From: Paramecium tetraurelia
Taxonomy: Eukaryota
DNA length: 64,000 nt
Reading direction: 5' to 3'
Assembly (NCBI GenBank): GCA_000165425.1
Contig: CT868429.1
Coordinates: 385,337-449,336 of the forward strand
A model generated the notes under the pieces. That model made no database searches, was not told where the DNA came from, and saw only the letters and a list, made by a program, of their open reading frames with translations. The position numbers were made by a program, and so were the translations under genes. Position 1 is the first letter of the stretch. Each line of letters begins with the position of its first letter. Below, piece after piece: positions 25,775 through 41,745 of the stretch.

Positions 25775-27363
25775 TCAATTATTTAATTATACAATAATAA
25801 AAGTTATATCATCTCTTCCAGGACTGTTCAACTTCCAAGAGTTAATCGCTTCCATCATTAATTTCTCCCCTGCCTAGTCAAGTTCTCCCTTCTCATAATA
25901 AGGAACCACGATATTCATGACCTATTGTGAGTAGATAATGCTATCCTTACTTCCTCATTTGATAAATACTCCCATACTCCATCAGAAGCAATAACTAGGA
26001 ATTTATCATTTTGTGACAAGGTGAATTGAAATACTTCAGGAATGCTACTGACTCCAGCCTATGCTCCTATTTTATCTCCCATACTTCTAGTCATGGCCAA
26101 ACCAGGAGCATCAATGTAAGAGAGCCAAACTCTTTCTGGACCCACATTATTTCCAAAGAAATCTATATAATATCTCATTATTTTTAGATCACCTCTTGAA
26201 GTTTGAATCCTCCCACCAGCTTAAAGAATTCTTTGCTTTTCAGACTCATCTGATGGTTTATGATCTCTTGTTATTGGTATTGATCTCCAACCATTGCAAT
26301 TTCTACACAATATAGCTCTGGAATCCCCAACATTGGCTGTCCATAATTAGTTTTATTGAATCATAGCTATGACTGTAGTCGACCCAGAGAGTGCTGTATC
26401 AAATGAACTTTAAAGAATCTCTGAATTTGTTAATTCAAAGGCATTTTTAAAGCATTCTTCCATATCTGGATTTTATGATTATAATTAGAACTCCAAATAG
26501 ACTAATTTGAGTCACTTCATATACTTGGTAATCTTTATTTGATAATATCTGAGACAAAATGTCCATTTACTCCGTGGCCATCACAAATTCCAATTAACCC
26601 ACAATTTTAACTTTTCTAAATTACTGCTCATTTGTACCTCTCAATATTAGATGGAAAGACAATGGCTGCATCTTGATTTGTCTTTGTTTATTTATTGACT
26701 TAGCAACCAGCTTTAGTTTTATGAACAAATTTAAATCCTTGCCATTATTTTGCTCCTCCTTTCTTTTTATGATAAGTGATATTCTTTTCAGGACTTTCAG
26801 ATATTCTTTATTCAGGTGTAAATGACGTTTTCTTTTGTTTCTGCTTTTGTTTCTTCTGCTCCTCATCTCTTGGAGTTTGGTTCAATTAAATTTCATATTT
26901 AGATTTAGAAATTTCATTTCTATTTTCCAGTTTAGGTAACCGATTTGGAATTCGTTACCCATTCCCTTAATTGAGTATTGAGATCGGTTATTCGACTAAT
27001 TTAATTCCATAATTACTATTCTCCATAGAATTAAATTCTGCCTTTCTCATGTTTACTAATGATGGTAATGAAATTTTATGATTTCTCTAATCTGTCTCAT
27101 CTGCGGTCATTTTATATCTTTTTTATAGGAGAGGCTTCTAGGTTCTTTACTATTTCAATTTATATACCTATGCAATTCCAGTTAATTTTCTCCTTAAGGA
27201 TGTCTTGGTGGTTTTAACGAATTAAAATCTAAATAACAATAATCTATAATTTGGTTGAATTATAAAGATTTATGAATTAATTGAGGAGTAGAGTATAAGT
27301 ACCTATGTGAGAAGTTTATCTGGTTTTAAAATCAAACTAGTGCTATTAGCTTTAAGTTAACAT
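25775..27363 (-). CDS. Protein phosphatase 2C (PPM) with a long N-terminal extension
   Basis: KTNQD, GICDGHG, SGSTTV, ANVGDSRA, TRDHKP, PGLAMTRSMGD, IASDGVWE, RDDIT. Start is 27363 if a 59-nt first intron is spliced, otherwise Met at 27110. Confidence 0.93.
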
Positions 27364-27385
27364 AATTTATATAATAATTTATAAA

Positions 27386-27850
27386 ATGAGAGTCTCAGAG
27401 AGTGTTGGTCAAAAATTAAGGAGAGTAAATATTAATTATTCAGATTTGGAATTGACTGAGAATTCTCTTGAATATTACTTGAAACCCTTGAAACCCAAAT
27501 TAAATTATTACAAGCTCTTACCAAAACAACAATCCCCTAAGAGAGATATAGCCCATACTATCTCATGCAGAATCAGATCTTAAATCATTGCTTAATAATA
27601 AACTGAACCAATCAATTAAAAGAGTTTATAGACTCTTACTCTTCGACATCTCATTCCACAAAATCCCAATCGCACTTTTATGCTAAGAAACAAGAAGCCC
27701 AGCATTTAGGATCGTTATAAATAGATTATGGTAAAATTAAATCAAAAATAGGAATATAATGTTGATGAGCAATTCACAGAATTAAGAAGATTAATAACTC
27801 GACAAAAAAAATCATCAAGTCTTGGAAAGAGAGTTAAATTTTTATCATGA
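27386..27850 (+). CDS. Uncharacterised basic protein (~154 aa)
   Basis: Open 465-nt frame from MRVSESVGQKLRR to ...SLGKRVKFLS* in ciliate code. No recognisable domain. Confidence 0.7.
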
Positions 27851-28895
27851 TTCTTTATTTATTTAATATTATTAATGTTTCTAGTTGATTTATCATGTAA
27901 AAATATCATAAATATATAATGTACTATTGTATAGATATAAGATTTTCTCAATCTATTTTTTAGATATTTGAAAAAATCTTTGGGCAGATTAGATTCTATA
28001 ATTTTAATGACAATTAGGTAGTTATGCTAAAGTTGTAATAGTGATTTCAAAAGTGATCAATTTTTGTTTTATCCTAGTTCTTTAGTTCCAACTGCAATCT
28101 ATTTTAATAAAAAAGATTTAACATCAAAGAATGAAAATAAGCCAAGCAGAAGGACCGATATATAAAATAAATTCATTTTAAAAAGCTAAATAAAATGATA
28201 ATTCATAGATGTGTAATTCAGATATGAGGGTTGCTTAGGTTAAATAAGATAATATATGGAATGAATAATAGATGATAGCATTGTCGATTATTAAAAATGT
28301 ATTGGCACAAAATTAGTAAAATTTTCTAACTACTTTAAAATGTATAGAATTAATTTTTAAATTGAAAAATTTTTAGTTGCTTTTGGATAAATATGAATAA
28401 AATTACTTAGCTTATTAAATTTGTAAATTTTAACTAATTTTTTTGATATATCATATAGATTGATGTCTCTTAAAATTATTTGGATAAAATTGAATGGTAA
28501 TTACTTAAAATAAATAAAATAAAATAAAGGATATAATTATAATTAATTAAGTAATATGGTGATAAAGCAAATTAGTTTTATTGCAAATTCAATTTAGTTA
28601 ACGAATAAAATTTCAAGAAAATAATGATAAAACTGATAGTTGAGAAATTAAAAAGATTTCTTTATGATTGAAAGATCACATCTAATAGACATTTTTTATT
28701 TATGTTAAAATATATAATATATTTTTTGAAATTTATCAAACTTAAGTGGATTCCTATAAATTACTATCAGAAACTTTGCAATTAAAGTTCTAAGTCAGAA
28801 ATCAGCTCGATTGAAACCATAAAAATATAAAAATCAACAATAAGAAGAAAATAAGAAGTGTTAGTAAAATAAATGATAAATTATTACTTTATTTA

Positions 28896-30213
28896 ATGTA
28901 TAGAATTATTTTAATATTAAAGTGTTTGCTTTGGTATTTTGGAAAGTGGGATGTAGATTTGACTTGGCTACCTTATTTCTCAAATCCATATACGCAATAT
29001 TCTAATATTAGGGAAGCAAAATATCTTATAGCTAATAACTACAATCCATATAATACGGATGGAATATTTTAGAAACCTTTGATTGTTTATGGATTGAATT
29101 TGATTGATAACGATATCATATTTCTAATAGCTGACATTTTAGTGTGCTTTTTGATTGTATAATTATTTGGGGCAAAGTAGGGATATAGGATGTCGATTTC
29201 ACTATTTTATCATTTGAATCCAATCACTGTAAAAATGTTCTATAAAGTAGTTTGCGAATCTTATTTTAAAGAATACAAATGTATTTGACCACATATTTTT
29301 GTTGTTAACCATATTATCAGCACTTAAAATGAAAATTCTATCCCCTATTTTATTTGGAATTTTACTATATTTAAACCCATAATATTTTATTGTGCTAGCT
29401 GCAATTTCTGTAATCTTTAGAAGAGATTCTTCGAAAACCTCAAAATTTGCTTTTAAATTGATAATATTTTTATTAGTGAGCATTGCAACTATTTGCTTAT
29501 TATTATACAACTCATATAAAATAACTGGGGATTGGTAATTTATAGAAAAAACCTACATAGATTATTATTTCCCTAAAGATCATAAGCCAACAATAGGATT
29601 TTTATGGGCATTATTTTCAGGAGTATGTTTAATAGTATATTTTAGTTATTCTCAAAGTATAAATCTTTATATCATGCATTTTTTATGTTGTTGCCTGCTT
29701 GCTATATTCTACCCTTGTATAATTTGTTTGTGAAATACGCTAAGAGAGAGAAAGAGTATCTTGGATTTATGATTGGAGTTTCTTTGTTTGTAATTATTGA
29801 CACTTAATATTTAGTGTAGTTTCTTATACTTTCAGTATATAGCCATATCAGATCTTATAATAATATTTATACTTTTATTCTAAAGATATGATTGGCTATT
29901 CAATTCATTGCCAACAATAGTTATTGTTCATGCAGGATGCTTAATATTATTCTTAGGTGGTGGCTTATAACTAACTTGGACACATTCTTTTACAGGAAAT
30001 CCAAATTTTACATTCTTTTAGGTGTTTGTGTCATATGTGTTTTATGTAATTTTGGTTTCTGAAGGAGTGAGAGAAATGTTAAAGTTTAGAACAATTTAAA
30101 AGAAGGAAGAGAAGGAAAATATTAAATAAGTTGAAGAGAATGAAAATTAATCGGATGAGTAGAATGAGAAGGAAACGAAGGAATAGACAAACAAAAAAGA
30201 AAAAGAAGATTGA
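28896..30213 (+). CDS. PIGU: GPI transamidase subunit PIG-U/Gab1
   Basis: SNPYTQYSNIREAKYL..NYNPYNTDGIFQKPLIV, FYHLNPIT, DHKPTIGFLWALF, TGNPNFTF. Multi-pass hydrophobic protein. Confidence 0.85.
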
Positions 30214-30230
30214 TACACAAAAAAGGTTGA

Positions 30231-31067
30231 TCATTATTGTTTTATTAATTTATAACATTCAAGACTGCATGCTTTCTATTACATTTTTGGAATACGATAT
30301 CTAGCTAGATTAGAACAATTTGAGCAATATTTATCATCTTCAACTATCATTTTTGAGGGATTAGGTAAAGATGAGTTCATATATTTTGGCATTATGATAA
30401 ATGTACCTTCGCTATTAGATTTGTATTTGATGATGATATCATTTTGAGGTAGAGATCTATATTTGTGAGTGTCTTCTGTTTTTTTGTCTTCTTATTATTG
30501 TCTTTGCTTTTATTTTCTTCCTATTTCATTCAAGATTTTATCGACAGTCATTTACTTTTGTTCTTCTTGTTGCTTCTGTAATTTTTCTTTTCTTTGTAGT
30601 TCTTTCTAACTTTTGGATATCATCTCTTCTTCTGTGAAAGCCAAGTCTTTCTTAGATTTCGAATTTTTCGAAGGCAATTATAGGAATTCACTTCCATCCA
30701 AATTGCCCAAACTATACATATGCATTTGTCTTTTAGTAAACTTCTTTTCTTTTGAAGAGACAGATAAGTTAACATCATTTTCAAGATCCATTTCCTCTTC
30801 AAATTCATCATCAGGCACATCATCTTCGCCATTAGAAATTTCATCTTCAATGGATTCATCTATAATAGGTGATTTCTATTTTGGAGGTCTGCCACGACCC
30901 CTTTTTTCCATAACCATTGAAGCTTTTAATTTGATCTTGTTGCTTTCAAATAGATTACGATATCTATCTATCATTTCTTCGGAAGGTCTTTCAGCTTCTA
31001 ACTCATTTAGGATGTCATTATTAAAAACAATTTGCACCCTAAACTCTTTTGGCAGATTGGCTTTCAT
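30231..31067 (-). CDS. INO80B: INO80 complex subunit B / Ies2 (AT-hook, PAPA-1 region, HIT-type zinc finger)
   Basis: AT-hook KRGRGRPPK, TEEEMISKKLER...EEQKQMTVDKIL, IKYKSNSEGTFI, and C-terminal CSNC..ARYR....KACSLECYK. Confidence 0.82.
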
Positions 31068-31094
31068 AAAATATAAATATATTTATAAAGTTAA

Positions 31095-32204
31095 TCAAGT
31101 TTCTACATAAATGAGTATAATTGTAATATCATCTCTTGCTGCTTCTAATTGATCCCACTTTGTATAAGTTTCTCCAAGTATTCTCTAAATCGCAGACTCT
31201 ACATCTATTTAATTTAATGGAGGATAATAATTATGAAGTATCTTTTAAATACTTTCATAATCCATTTTGTCCCATAAACCATCACTGCCAATCAATACAA
31301 ACCCGTTATTTGGAATCTTATACCTTAATATTTCAGGATCTGCTATCACTCCTACTTGTTTTGCTACCAAATCCCCAATTGATCTTGACATTGCCAAACC
31401 TGGGATATCTTCATGTGGCAACCAAACTCGATAAGCACCTTATCTTTTACCGTCAAAAAAACTTTATTCCACTCTTCCTCCTTAACCCAAAATTCTCTTT
31501 AGTTCAATGGATTTGTTAGGCTTGTGATCAAATGATAAGGCTCTATTGAACCATGCATCTCCTGATCTATAAAAGAAGACTGCTCTTGAATCACCTACGT
31601 TGGCACAGAATATTTTTGAACCCATAAAATATGTTACTATTGCTGTGGATCCACTAAAATTACAAGCGATATTTGAATTATCTACCTAAATTAAATTAGA
31701 TTTTTACTAATTCATTTTCGATGTGTTGAAATGTATTAATTAAAATTTATTTTATATCATTAGCATTGCTGGTTCTATTTTCAAGTAATTTATTTTCTAA
31801 TACTTTAGGCATCAATTATGAAATTAATTTAGAAATAAAATGGCCATTTTATCCATGACCATCAAACACTCCAAACAAATGCCAATCAATCTGATTACAT
31901 AAGTACTTCTTAATTATTAGACTGTCTTAATTTATCTTCAATCTCTTTCTATTCGTCTACCCTGCTAGAGTTCTATAATATTTGACAATTAATCAAACTT
32001 GACAGTTATGTATTTCACACATTAATGTTCCTCCTACAACTCTGTCTGTATACGTTGTAAAGGTTCCGGATGAATTGGAGGCAATTTATCAACAATTGTT
32101 TGCATAGATTAATTGTTCAATTTCTTCATAGTAGCCTTCTAGTTGGTTGTACTTATAGAACGGGGAATTTTGACTTATTTTAAGATGTCTAATTTTTAAT
32201 TCAT
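31095..32204 (-). CDS. Protein phosphatase 2C (PPM)
   Basis: KINQDS, FGVFDGHG, FSGSTA, ANVGDSRA, SFDHKP, PGLAMSRSIGD, GSDGLWD, RDDITII. Confidence 0.95.
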
Positions 32205-32227
32205 ATATATTATTAATAATTATAATA

Positions 32228-33793
32228 TCATTAAAATGGTCCCACTCTTTATCCTTATAATTGCATTTAAGTGCTTCTTACATTAAACACACCCTCAATT
32301 ACTGTTTGCTACAAATCTCCTGTCACTTGCTTCTCTCCTAAGTCTATATTGAAGTTTTTAACAAATAATGGATTTGGATTTGATAGCACATCATCATTGC
32401 ATGACAAACCATCCAAATATTATTTTAGTAATGATTGTAGTTAATTGCTCTCATTCTATAAGGCCTCTTTTTGTTTCTGAATAGCTAAGATATCCAGCAA
32501 AACCTTAAATTGAATGTTATTTATATACCTTGTTGTATCTCTTATAGAAATTGTTTAGATAAGCAAATTCTTCATATTCCTCCTTTTGTATGGCTTCAAA
32601 ATCATTCTTTAAATTCTCTGGGATTTAATCCATATCCACTGTATCCTCATAAAATGGCAGTACTTTCTCTCTTTCTGTTTCCAATCTCCTACATAACTCA
32701 GCTGTTTTTAAAATTTTCTCACCCAACTCCTTATATTCTGTCAATTTCAAAACAGCATTTCGACTATTATTTACTAATTCTTTCAACAATCTTTACTATT
32801 CCTCTCTAAATTTGTTCATTTTCTATTTTAAATCTTAGTAATTCTTGGCAATGTTTTCTTTTTCCTTTTTCAAAGCCTAATTCCTAGCATTGCATTCCTT
32901 AGTATGTTATAAGATTTTATATTTGGTTAGATCAATCTTTGCTTTTTTACTAGCTATCGATCTAACCAATCTCTCTATCTTTTTTGACATATCTTTATTG
33001 GCATCATAATATTTAGTGTGATCTTCTGTTTTCTTTGCAGTATCAGATTGATATTTTTAGTGCATCTACTCTAAATCATTATAAAATTTAGTTTGTTTAT
33101 CTTCTAACTATTATTTCATCTGACTAGTGTCTTCAACATCCTTATTCTTTGTCTCCTCTCTATTTGTTTAATGTTAATTCTTAGCTAACTCTGCCTTCCT
33201 CTTCTCCTCCTCTTCGACTGTTTTAATCATGTCTTCCAACTCTTTAACCTACTATTTATGAGTCTTAGTCATATCATCAAATTCAATCTAAAATTCTTCT
33301 TACAGTATTTTGATATCTCTTTCAAACTCCTCCAACAAAGCCCTGTTTCTACTCTCCTATAATAAATGGAAATTTTCCAAATGAATAAGATGGTTCCTTA
33401 ATGCAATTTGATATTGATCCTCAGCCTCATCTAAATTCTTATCAAGCATTTGAATGAATGCTTCTTTTGAATCTAATTCTCTTTTATTGTTTTATGAGTA
33501 TAATTCGATATCTTGTTTCAATTATTCCGTTTTTACAGCCCTCATTGTCCTTCTCCAATAAGCCATTAGTTTCTTCGTATTGAAATTAACAATCTTCTAC
33601 TCCTCCCTAATTTTACTCCGCAGTTACTCTTTTTTAAACTAGTTATAGGACACACTCTTACTTAGGCCTACTTTTGACTCTCTTCGAATTCCTGCTAAGA
33701 CTTAGTTATCTGTCTTATTTTGATATTTCTCTTCTACTCTGTACCTCCAGGCTTGGTCGTACGACCTTTCAGGGTTTTACCTAATAATGCCAT
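32228..33793 (-). CDS. DRC2: Dynein regulatory complex subunit 2 (CCDC65)
   Basis: [89 protein letters not shown]. Confidence 0.93.
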
Positions 33794-33835
33794 TTTATAT
33801 ATAATAAGAAAAATTAGAATTAACAGAATAACAAC

Positions 33836-35466
<1,631 letters not shown>

Positions 35467-35527
35467 CTTTTTTATATGTTTAATATTAATATTCTAAGTT
35501 TCCCCCCATATTGTATATTTAAATTAA

Positions 35528-38500
35528 ATGAATTTTCATTTCCCTGGAACCTATGCGGAATTGCGGGACAACCACTTTTCAGGAAATTATAGAGTGAAAT
35601 CCAAAAATCAAGTGAGCCATATGGATGAAAGACTAATTTTGATGCGCCTCAATTAATTCGAAGATGGTTTCAATCAACTCGCAACTCTAATTGAAGACCC
35701 TTAATACTTTGATTTCCTCTACTATTTAGTCGAGTAATCATTTGCACTAACCCTAGACATCTAGATGCACATCCGAATCAAAAAGTATAATTATAATTGG
35801 TTGAGATCCTTTCATTTCAAATTCAAAAATTATACCCTGATCATGCTCAGGCATTTAAGATGACTCTCTTCTTATTACTCAATTTATTGCAACAGAAGCA
35901 ACTATAAGGTTAATAAGTGAGAAGAGCATTAAAGACTCTGTAATAATTATTTAATCTGAACGCCTTCCATGATTTCGGTAGAGAAGGCAGCAGATACATA
36001 TTTGATCTAGTTAAGATGGCTGTGGAAATTAAGGACGCTCAAATAAGAGAATTGTGGATCGATGTTTTGGTTTAAGCAATTGCAATGTGGCAGACCTATG
36101 ATCTAAACCTCAAAAACAGGATAGTTCATTTGATGTATGAATAAGAGAGTGTTGTCCTGAACATCTCCAAATTTCTATTGGGATGCAGCAAGAATGACAG
36201 ATTGAAGTAGTACACCGTAGATCAAATTATTCTACTTGTCAATTACATTACTGAGAAATCTACTAATCAAACTGAGAGTCTGGCAGTGAAAAATCTCAAA
36301 GAACTCCTGTCTTAAACCTCTAAGGACATGCCTAAGGTGTATTATCAATAACTCTCGGCTTTCATTGGTTTATATGATAATGAGAACTACCATATAAGAA
36401 ATGGATTGTCAGAATTAATAACAAATGTCATCGAATATCTGATCAAGGAATCCAAAGATTAAGATAGCGATGAATTCTAGTTAACTAATGCCAACAACCT
36501 GATCAAATAGCTCTTGGATCGTCATATGGATAAGACAGCCTTGTGTAGATCAAATGTGCTTCATTGCTTGTCCTAACTGTTGAATTCCAATTGTGTACCA
36601 AAACAACATCTATAAACTATTTTCGCAATTTCATCCTCCAGGCTGAGAGATATCTCTGGCTATGTTAGAAAGTCCTCTCTACAATTATTGAAATCAATTG
36701 TGCGCTATTATAGATTCTTGTATGTCCAGAGTTAAGGAAGATAAAATTTCTGGTCTTCTGCCGATATTGAAGATCAAATAGGTAGAAATAAGGAAGAATT
36801 ATAAAACATCCATAAAGATTTCGAGGATATTGATAAACAATTTTAAAAAGGATAAATCTCATAAGAAGAAGTTAATGAATCCATTAAATTTATTAAGAAG
36901 AAGGCACAGGAAAAGATTAAGATCTAAGAATATTTAGAAGAATATCAAAAGTTTTTGGAAGGGATGAAAACAGTAATTACTCAAGTTTTGTAATTATGCT
37001 AAAGTAAAAATTAAGCAGATGTCATTCATTCTATCAAACTATTTTCTTATCTATAGAAGTACAATTATGAGTCAGCAAATTTAGGATTAAGAAGAATGAT
37101 CTTGCTTGTATGGTCATAAGATAAAACTATATAATAAGAAGTAATCAAGAAGTTTTGGAAATTATTCCTAAGAGATACCAAAAAAACTAGACAAATTATT
37201 CTATAAATCATTGATCTAATTAGTAAATCAAATCTAAAAGAACTTATTTCATTAGAAAAGATAATCTTATCTTATGAAACTGAATTGGCTCCTAACTATA
37301 AATTTCCATCAAAAATCTTCCATACTCTTTGGGAGTATTTCGGTAATTAAGAAATTGATTAACGTTCAATGCTCATTTTTGTTAGAATTATGTTGACTAG
37401 GAATTCTTCCTTACTTAATTTAGAGAAGGTTGCCTAAATTTATAATCAGTTGTAAAAATATAGTAAAAAAGATCCCGATTGGATCATTATTAAGGAACTT
37501 GCAACCATATTGTCTAAATTAGATAGAACTCATGGTAAGAATTAAATTAACTTTAATAAATCCATAGATCTATTAATTATTTTATTGATTAAATATTAAA
37601 ATTCATCGGATATGAACTACTTTTGTGCCTGTGATTCAATTATATAATTAGTACCAAATGCAGAGAATCCAGAATTGATTTTTGAAACTCTTTTATAGGA
37701 TTTGGGATTTTAATCTACTAAAATGGATTTAGAAGCAGAGGAGATAAAGTAAATGGAAGAAATTCACTTGGCTCATGCCATCTATATAGCTGGTTCTGTG
37801 TCTTTATAATTACTCATCTTCATTGATGCAACACACAACTCATTAAAGAATTTGAAAAATGAAAGAGAAAAACAAATTGGAAAAGAGCAAGAAATAGATA
37901 AAATTCAAGGAGGAATAGAAGGAGAATTTGAAAAATTGCATGGCATAGTTGACCAAATTCAAGATCTAAAATTGATTTAATTGAATTTACTATCAGTTTT
38001 TTCTCCAATGGTAAAGCAAATATTGTCAGATTGTCTAAATTAAATGGAGACTGAAGAAAATGCCACCAAATAATAACCACCTATTGTGCAAGTGAGTTTA
38101 ATCACAATGTGTAAATTTATGTGTCTATCAGAATCCTATTGCAGAGAGAATATTTAGATTTTGTTCAATATAATGAAGTAAGAATGTATTAGTATTTAGA
38201 TCTCCTCTTGTTGATTAGGTTATGAAGAATAATGTAATTATTAGTATTGGAGATTTGTTACATAGATGGCCTAATTCAATTTAAAAGTTCCATAAATAAA
38301 TATACTCAAATTTAGCTGATACAAGTGCTGCAGTTCGAAGAGTGACACTTCTTGTATTGACACATTTGATTTTGAATGATATGGTCAAGAGCAAAACATC
38401 ATTGTCTCATATTCCAATTTTATTGACTGATCCTCATCCTTAAATACCAGCTATGGCAAGATACTTTTTGAATGAGTTACAGAAAAAAGAACAAAGAGCC

Positions 38501-39207
38501 ATTACTAATGCTATTCCTGATATCATCTCAAATGTTTAAGATCAAAATGAGAACATTCTTTCATAAATCTCTTAATATATAGACAAATCTCAGATTGAAT
38601 CCATTGTTGATAAATTAATTACTATCTTAGGAACTAGCACAAGTATTTATTTAACCTTATGTACTTTTAGATTAATACGAAGTTAAGAATATATCTATAC
38701 TGTTTAATCACATAAATTTGTCCTAAAACTCTCTATAGAAACTATTGGATGGTTGGGAAGAATACAGAGAATAATTGAGAGACCAATTTGTCTACAATTA
38801 ATTTATGATTTTAATTAAAAAGGTAGTATTCAGTGAAATCTATAATTTAGTTGAAAAGAACTTTGCCTTAAGATGCAAAACCTTTAATTGAAGATTATGA
38901 GATGAAGGTAGAACATCATGATAAGGAAACATTTGAAAATAGAAGGAGGGAGAAGGTCACAAAGAAAAAGAATGTGAAATAAGGATAAAATGAAGGTGGT
39001 GTTGATAAGGAATTAAAGGAAAATAAAGGTGGAAATAAATTAAAATAATAATAATAATAATAGAAAAGGTAAACTAAGAAGAGAAAAGAAGATGATTTCA
39101 TGGAATTAGAATCAGATTCGGATGATATGAGTGAAGAATCATTAGTAATTAAGAAATAAACAAGCACAAGGAGAAAAAGATCTATAAAAAAAGATGAAGA
39201 TGAATGA
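35528..39207 (+). CDS. NCAPD2: Condensin HEAT subunit CAP-D2/Cnd1 (ciliate Cpd)
   Basis: N-terminus MNFHFPGTYAEL, and the Cnd1 domain TMCKFMCLSESYC, KNNVIISIGDLLHRWPN, VRRVTLLVLTHLILNDMVKSK, ARYFLNEL, NAIPDIIS. Charged tail. Confidence 0.93.
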
Positions 39208-39261
39208 TCTTTACCAATATTTTATAATAGTTTATTTTACCCATTAATAATAATTTAAACA

Positions 39262-40999
39262 ATGGAATAAGCTTCTAATTATTTTTTTAATTCTCCTTAA
39301 AAATAACAAAAAGCCTTTTGGGATAGAAATTTTGATTTATTACTTAGTAGGCATGAAAATTTCTAAACCTCAAGTGATAACTGCACTACTTTATATAAAA
39401 GGGGAAAGTTATTAAAAAAATGGATACCAAGACTATATTCTGTATCAGGAGATTATTTATTGTATGGAGATGAGGTAAAATATGTTATAATTCAGAAAAT
39501 GAAAGGGTTCAGGAAATTAGATTGCGTTTATTTGCATTGCAACATACTAGAAACTACATATAGATATCATTTACAACTGATATATTGTGGATTTATTCTT
39601 GACCTCTATACTGATAAAAAGACAGATTATGATAATCTTAAAGAAATACTCTAATAGCATTGTATTCTAACTGATTTTCATACTTAATATAGTATATTAA
39701 AACAAATTGGCTTTGGCTCAAATGCAAAAGTAAGTATTTTAAGTTATCACATTCAGGTTTATATAGCCAGAAGTAATTACAATAAGCAATACTATGCTAT
39801 CAAGAGAGTTTAGAAGAATTATTCAATTAAATAGAAGAAATAAGAATAAGAGCAAGCACTAAAAAATGAAATTTAGATAATGAAAGATTTGAATCACCCC
39901 AATATAATATCTTTTCACTAAGTTTTCGAGACCAACAGTAAATAATTTATAAATTTAAAAGAACATATAAATCTTGTTTTGGAATTAATTTAAGGAGGGG
40001 AATTACTAAAATAAGGATAATGCAAAAGTATTAGAGATGCCAGAATTATTGCTCGCCAATTGGCTTTATGTGTAGATTATATGCACTAAAAAGGAATTAT
40101 GCATAGAGATTTGAAGCCTCATAATATATTATGTAAAACTAATACTGCTGATGTTTTAATTGCTGATTTTGGTTTAGCAACCTATATAAAGGATTAAAAA
40201 TAATTATATTACAGATGTGGAACTACTGGATATGTTGCTCCAGAAATATTGATGTATAAAGAAGGCGCTAAGATGTACAACGAAAAATGTGATATATTCA
40301 GTCTCGGAGTCATATATTATTAACTGTATATATATTATAAACCTTTAATTTAAGAATTTATAATACACATCCTTTTAAAGACCCTTAGAAATCTGGAATC
40401 TTAAAGAAGAACTTAGTAGTTGATTATAAATTCGATGATTCAATTAAAGTACCATAAAGCTGCAAAGATTTAATATCTTAAATGTTAAGATTAAATCCAA
40501 AATTAAGACCATCTGCTTCTCAAATTTTAAGGCATGATTTCTTTAATGAATATTTGAATGAACTTTCATACCCAAGTTTGATCAGTTCATACTAAGAGTA
40601 TATAAGCAATCATAATAATTTAGTTTAAGCGAATAAAAAAAATCTGGCCACTCTTTTAATTCGTAAATTTGTGAATTGAAGTTCTCAACATTTTAGAAAA
40701 ATGGCCTAAATGTTTTTGAAAAAATCCCCTTCTCAGGAATTAACGATATTCATAATAATCAGGGGAATGAATTGAAAGAGAGGTCACCTATTTGGAATAA
40801 GAGGATTGAATTATAAAGACCATCCAGCCAACCAAGATCAAAAGCCTAATCCCTCTATTCTTGTAAGAACTTAGAGATCAGAGGAAATAAAGTTTCGATA
40901 TTTCGTTAATAATCAAAGAATTCAGAAAGTGATTTAGATTAATCTCACTAACAACCTTACAATACCATAATCAATAGATGTAAAATAAGAAATAAATGA
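39262..40999 (+). CDS. Ser/Thr protein kinase (CAMK group) with an N-terminal PH-like domain
   Basis: [16 protein letters not shown] (PH beta1-2), [44 protein letters not shown]. Confidence 0.92.
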
Positions 41000-41745
41000 A
41001 TTTTAATACTATTAATAATATAATACAAGGCAATCACATAAATATTCTTATCTGTAAACCTCTCATTATCTGTTCTTAATCTTTGTGATGAAACATTATT
41101 ACAAAAGTTAATATATATTTTCATTATTTAAAATATAATCTTACACAATAAATCAGTCTTACCATAACATGCCTAAAAGTACGAACTTTAACTTAACAGA
41201 AAATTGAGGTTAATTCGACAATTCAATATTGTAGGTTTCAGTAAAATTCGAATCTAAACTGTTATTCTGGATATTAGTCAACTACTCAAAAAAGTAAGCA
41301 ACAGAATCTAAAAGTACTACAGTTATTGCAATCGATTCATAGTTATAGAAGCACCAAACTGTATGCTTTTAATATGATCACAATTTCTTCCATTACAACA
41401 TCTAGAAATTATATACAGTGTTCAAATTCTTTTCCATTAAGATATTAGAGATACAGGAATATGTAAAAGATCCTCTAATTTCTTTCAATAATATAGCATT
41501 TCATAATGACTTCATATTCTTCTCATTGGTATGAAAATCTGTATACTACATATATATTGACTTTTGTTGTTTCTTTACATAGATAAAAAATAAATTATAT
41601 GATATTAACAGTATAATAAATAGTAGATTATAACATCCTAAAACCTCAAAATATTTTTCTTAGATTGGACTAATCTTCTTATTTATTCATATTAATTCGA
41701 TTTCATCTTTTATTGTGACGATATCAAAGAATTTTAAATTAATAT

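Noticed and set aside
30613..31519. Plus-strand ORFs of 165 and 127 aa in the track
   Set aside because: Antisense to INO80B and PP2C, which have clear motifs.
31990..32000. Apparent in-frame TGA in PP2C (possible selenocysteine or readthrough)
   Set aside because: It lies within a 26-nt intron whose removal restores the frame.
25775..32204. Two nearby PP2C genes as a functional cluster or tandem duplication
   Set aside because: They are divergent, separated by unrelated genes, and belong to a large family.
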